A DNA stretch of 58,198 bases, taken from IMG/VR virus record IMGVR_UViG_3300008255_001780, positions 1 to 58,198 of that record, one strand, 5' to 3'. Numbering within the stretch: position 1 is the stretch's first letter; every line of letters begins with the position of its first letter. A model generated the notes under the pieces. That model made no database searches. It saw nothing but the letters and a program-made list of their open reading frames with translations, and was not told the DNA's origin. This document shows, piece after piece, positions 56,939 to 58,198 of this stretch. Source of the stretch: a virus. Its lineage: Duplodnaviria; Caudoviricetes. Both the position numbers and the translations under genes were made by a program.

Positions 56939-56972
56939 TGCGCAGACAACAACTGATCAACGGAGACGCTAG

Positions 56973-57197
56973 ATGGCCTTCATCGGAACCACACCACGCA
57001 CCGAGTACGAGCAGGACGTGATCGCGAACGCTGACCACTGGACAGCTGCCCGCGGTCGTGTCCGCTCGAACCGCACGGTCGAGCGCTTCGAGTCGCTCGC
57101 CGATGCCCGCGCCTACGCTCAGAAGATGGGCGACGGCAGGACCATGATCTACGCGGTCGATGCCAACGGCATGTCCGCTCATGTGGAGAACGCTTGA
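56973..57197 (+). CDS. hypothetical protein
   Basis: 74 aa, CAACGGAG RBS. Confidence 0.65.
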   Translation: MAFIGTTPRTEYEQDVIANADHWTAARGRVRSNRTVERFESLADARAYAQKMGDGRTMIYAVDANGMSAHVENA

Positions 57198-57421
57198 TGA
57201 CCCAGCGGGAGAAGCTGCTCGCCCAGCTCAAGAAGCGCGGGTGGAGTGAGGTCGCCTCGAGGTCGAGCAAGTACGTCGTCCTCACGAAGGCTGGCACTGC
57301 ATTCTACTACGTCGGGAAGGCAGGCGCCTTGCGCTACGGTCGCACGGTCGCCGAGTCCTACCCGCAGGACAACCTCAGGCGCGCACTCCTCGAGGCGCAC
57401 GATAGGGAGGCTCAAGCATGA
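57194..57421 (+). CDS. hypothetical protein
   Basis: 75 aa, coupled to both neighbours. Confidence 0.6.
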   Translation: MMTQREKLLAQLKKRGWSEVASRSSKYVVLTKAGTAFYYVGKAGALRYGRTVAESYPQDNLRRALLEAHDREAQA

Positions 57422-57945
57422 TCGACCCCAAGGACCTGGAGATGCGCGTTCAGCGCACGGCGACCGCTGGCTACATCACGGTGCCGAACTGGTGGGAAGC
57501 GTCTACTCACATGCTCGAGCGCGCGCGGACCTTCTTCGAGGAGAACCCGACCAAGGTAGCGATGCCTATTGGAAGCGGCTTCACTCGGATCATTTACACG
57601 AGGAGGAAGCGCCAGCAGCTGCCTCCCGTCGAGGGTCCGGGCACGGTCACCGGCAGGTTCACCCACAACGAGCCCTCCTTCCGCGAGGTGCGCAAGAACA
57701 AGTGGCCCGAGGGCTATGGCACTGGCGTTCAGCGCATGACGCCGGAGGACGCGCGCAAGCTCGCCGACGTGACTCAGGAGCAGGCGCGGTCCATCATGCA
57801 GAAGGTGGTCGGCGTCGACTGGTCGGAGCTCGAGCGTCGGGTTTTGGCGTGGCAAGCCGAGATGGAGCAGGAGCTTGAGGCTGAGGGGTTTCGTCGCGCA
57901 GGCGATGGCGCGCTGCGCGACTCGTGGATCAAGGAGGACGAGTGA
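57418..57945 (+). CDS. small protein carrying PolA-like motif fragments
   Basis: GTVTGRF...VDWSELERRVLA; GGAGG RBS, ATGA overlap. Confidence 0.6.
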   Translation: MIDPKDLEMRVQRTATAGYITVPNWWEASTHMLERARTFFEENPTKVAMPIGSGFTRIIYTRRKRQQLPPVEGPGTVTGRFTHNEPSFREVRKNKWPEGYGTGVQRMTPEDARKLADVTQEQARSIMQKVVGVDWSELERRVLAWQAEMEQELEAEGFRRAGDGALRDSWIKEDE

Positions 57946-58198
57946 TGCTCATGCACGCATATTGCTACGGGTGGGTGGCCCTTATGTGGAGTGCTTGGCA
58001 CCCGCGCCGACCAATCGCCAGCGAACGCTTCGCTCTCGAAGCGACGGGAAACTTAGACGCGCCGCTGTAACTACGAGTCGTCCGGGCGCGCTTCTGGCTC
58101 TCTTGCGGCAGCGCTGGGTGGAACGGTCACGCCCCCACCGTTCTGTGGAGACGGAGTCTGCCTCGCTGCCGTCAAGAGCGCCTCGTTGACGCCCATCC

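Overview
GC-rich siphovirus genome segment (window edges cut genes or operons), most likely infecting an alphaproteobacterium, because its tail-tip genes match the RcGTA g12-g15 plus DUF2793 layout. Almost everything from 1 to 55.2 kb is on the minus strand. 1-31 kb holds the replication and nucleotide module: PolA, DnaX-like clamp loader, beta-clamp-like protein, AEP primase, SSB, three SF1 helicases, SNF2 helicase, ThyX and dCMP deaminase. A complete 7-deazaguanine DNA-modification pathway is interleaved with it (folE, queD, queE, queC, queF, dpdA, plus a Cys-cluster putative preQ1 methyltransferase). 31.5-53 kb holds spanins, tail, head, PhoH, endolysin and a MuF protein fused to two putative ADP-ribosyltransferase-fold domains. 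A class II RNR follows, then a divergent plus-strand block of small early genes. No terminase, portal, integrase, tRNA or CRISPR array was recognised. Unexplained DNA-level signals: a 10-mer (CGTGTAAACG) present in 10 exact copies across the genome irrespective of reading frame, a 13-bp intergenic operator-like site present 4 times, and a repeated sigma70 promoter/CAACGGAG leader cassette. All family assignments come from motif recognition by eye, not database searches.
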